A DNA stretch of 52,309 nt from contig NC_069001.1 of assembly GCF_001194135.2 (NCBI RefSeq), forward strand, positions 10,346,130 through 10,398,438. Reading direction: 5' to 3'. This stretch comes from Octopus bimaculoides. Its lineage: Eukaryota. Position 1 is the stretch's first letter. Each line of letters opens with the position of its first letter. The position numbers and the translations under genes are program-made. Below, piece after piece: positions 50,882-52,309 of the stretch. The notes under the pieces are model-generated. The model did not search any database. It was given only the letters and a program-made list of their open reading frames with translations, and had not been told where the DNA came from.

Positions 50882-51025
50882 AAAGGTTCTTTCGGTTACC
50901 CTCTACCAAATCCACTCTCAGGCCTTTGATCAACCCGAGGCTATAGTAGAAGACACTTGACCAAAGTGCCGCACAGAGGGACTGAACCCAGGAATATGTC
51001 TGGGAAGCAAGATTCTGAATCACAA
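50882..51025 (-). mobile_element. SINE family B head and core
   Basis: tctaccaaatccactc...cccgaggctatagtagaagacacttg...gggactgaaccc...gggaagcaag. Confidence 0.85.
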
Positions 51026-51030
51026 ATATA

Positions 51031-51062
<32 letters not shown>

Positions 51063-51319
51063 ATTTTTTACATGTATTTTTTTGTATGTATATATGCACG
51101 CGTGTGTTTGTGTGTGTGTGTGTCTGCGTGTTTCTATATATTCCTGGTTTTTATCGGACAGAAATAGTGTGCGTAGTGATTTCGATGTTCATCAAGCAAC
51201 GACAATGAAATAGAAGACTTTAGATTATAAAATGGTTTCTTGATAGTAATAGGAATTATAAACGATGATAAAATTCACATAGGAGGGGGGGTGGGGGGTG
51301 AAACGCTCTTTTAAAAAAC

Positions 51320-51372
51320 CTTTCCAGTTTTTTTTCAGGGCTTATAAAAACTGCAGGACCACTGCAATAAGG
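51320..51372 (+). mobile_element. Mariner MITE remnant
   Basis: cagggcttataaaaactgcaggaccactgcaataag matches 13410-13447. Confidence 0.6.
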
Positions 51373-51681
51373 CTCTTATTAATTTCCTCCCGCAGTACGA
51401 CGGGAGGAACAGAATTTGCGAGCCTCCTCCGGGGTGTCAAACAGCAACCATACGTTTGCATGCTTGACACCGCGGGATATGTATTTCACAGAGGACAAAT
51501 AGTCTTTCAATTGTTTTTGTATAGTTGGTTTTGGGAAGACGGTAATGGTATGAAGAACTTTCCAGTAAGTTCTAACCACTACCGTCTTCTCCTCCATATC
51601 TTTTAACGACTGCTTGGGTGGGATAATTTCCCACTCCAAGACAAGGTTTTTCCTTTTAAGTTCCTTCTCTGGTATGTCCAT
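51370..51681 (-). pseudogene. L1/Tx1-like LINE ORF1 (RRM-type nucleic-acid-binding protein) N-terminus, truncated/frameshifted
   Basis: ATG at 51681: MDIPEKELKRK..MEEKTVVVRTYWKVLHTITVFPKPTIQKQLKDYLSSVKYISRGVKHANVWLLFDTPEEARKF, and in a shifted frame LFLPSYCGRKLIRA. Normal amino-acid complexity; resembles ORF1 proteins of mollusc L1/Tx1-like LINEs as I recall them. Confidence 0.6.
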
Positions 51682-52309
51682 AAAAAAAAACAGTTCACAA
51701 AAACAATCCACCGAAAATTAATAAAAATAGAAGAAAACAAGATAAAAGAGAGAAAAAAAAAACTGAAATTAAAAAATGAGAAAAAGAAGAAGTAACCGAA
51801 ATTTAGAAAGAAAGAAAAATGGGAGGAGGGAAAAATAAAAATAAAAAGAAAACAATGTACTTACATAGAACAGACAGCGAATCCTTGGCGCTAGGTAAAT
51901 CCAATAGTCATGGTTCTTCTCGTTTGTACTCCAGCTTAGATAAACTCCACAAGGTAAAATCCACAGGGTAAAATCCATAGGGTACAACTTTTTCCGGCGA
52001 AAAACGCCCACCAGTATGCACAGGTTATTTGGCGAAAAAACGCCACACAGAATTTTACTCAAAAAAAAGTTTTCAACAAAATTCTCAGTCTGCCGTTATG
52101 GCGGCTTGGAAACGCCCACCAATAACGAGGATCACAACATTTTTGCTTGTTAAAGCGAGCCACAGTTTAAAGCCGCTAAGGCAGACGAAATTGCTCCCAG
52201 AGCTAGGTAGGAACTTACTGAAAAAAAGAAAGCTCAATAAATTCCCGCATAGCTCGGTACAAAAAACGACTCACTTTGTGAGCTTTTTTTTGTTCTTTCT
52301 TTTTTCTAT

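Noticed and set aside
1-52309. Homeobox, protocadherin, C2H2 zinc-finger exons, conserved miRNAs such as miR-10, TnpB/Fanzor-like nucleases
   Set aside because: Looked for by eye in the ORF track and unique stretches; no diagnostic motifs seen. Short diverged exons could have been missed without a homology search.

Overview
AT-rich, microsatellite-dense eukaryotic (metazoan) scaffold segment with 11 N-gaps. The SINE families, as I recall them, point to a coleoid cephalopod, most likely Octopus; this is inference, not a database result. I could not identify any intact host protein-coding exon, rRNA, bona fide tRNA or CRISPR array, so the window reads as intronic or intergenic. Almost all ORFs in the supplied track are translations of (TA)n/(CA)n/(GA)n/trinucleotide repeats. 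The recognisable content is transposon-derived. There are three tRNA-derived SINE families: family A (~16 copies), family B (~11 copies or fragments, with a tail shared with CR1-like LINEs) and family C (3 copies carrying a V-domain-like core). LINE fossils comprise two RTE-like, two CR1/L2-like, two R4/Dong-like RLE pieces, one very decayed RT and an L1/Tx1-like ORF1 with its putative 5' UTR at the window end. DNA-transposon remnants are mariner MITEs/fragments and a TTAA-flanked MITE. The most interesting unexplained signals are: a ~60-70 nt pre-miRNA-like hairpin at 45642-45714; a run of strong hairpins overlapping the LINE ORF1 (51384-51655); two Pbx/Meis (TALE) motif clusters (41830-42090, 50046-50150); a degenerate hammerhead-like motif (9077-9118); and closely spaced inverted SINE pairs that could be ADAR substrates. 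None is proven to be a new biological system.
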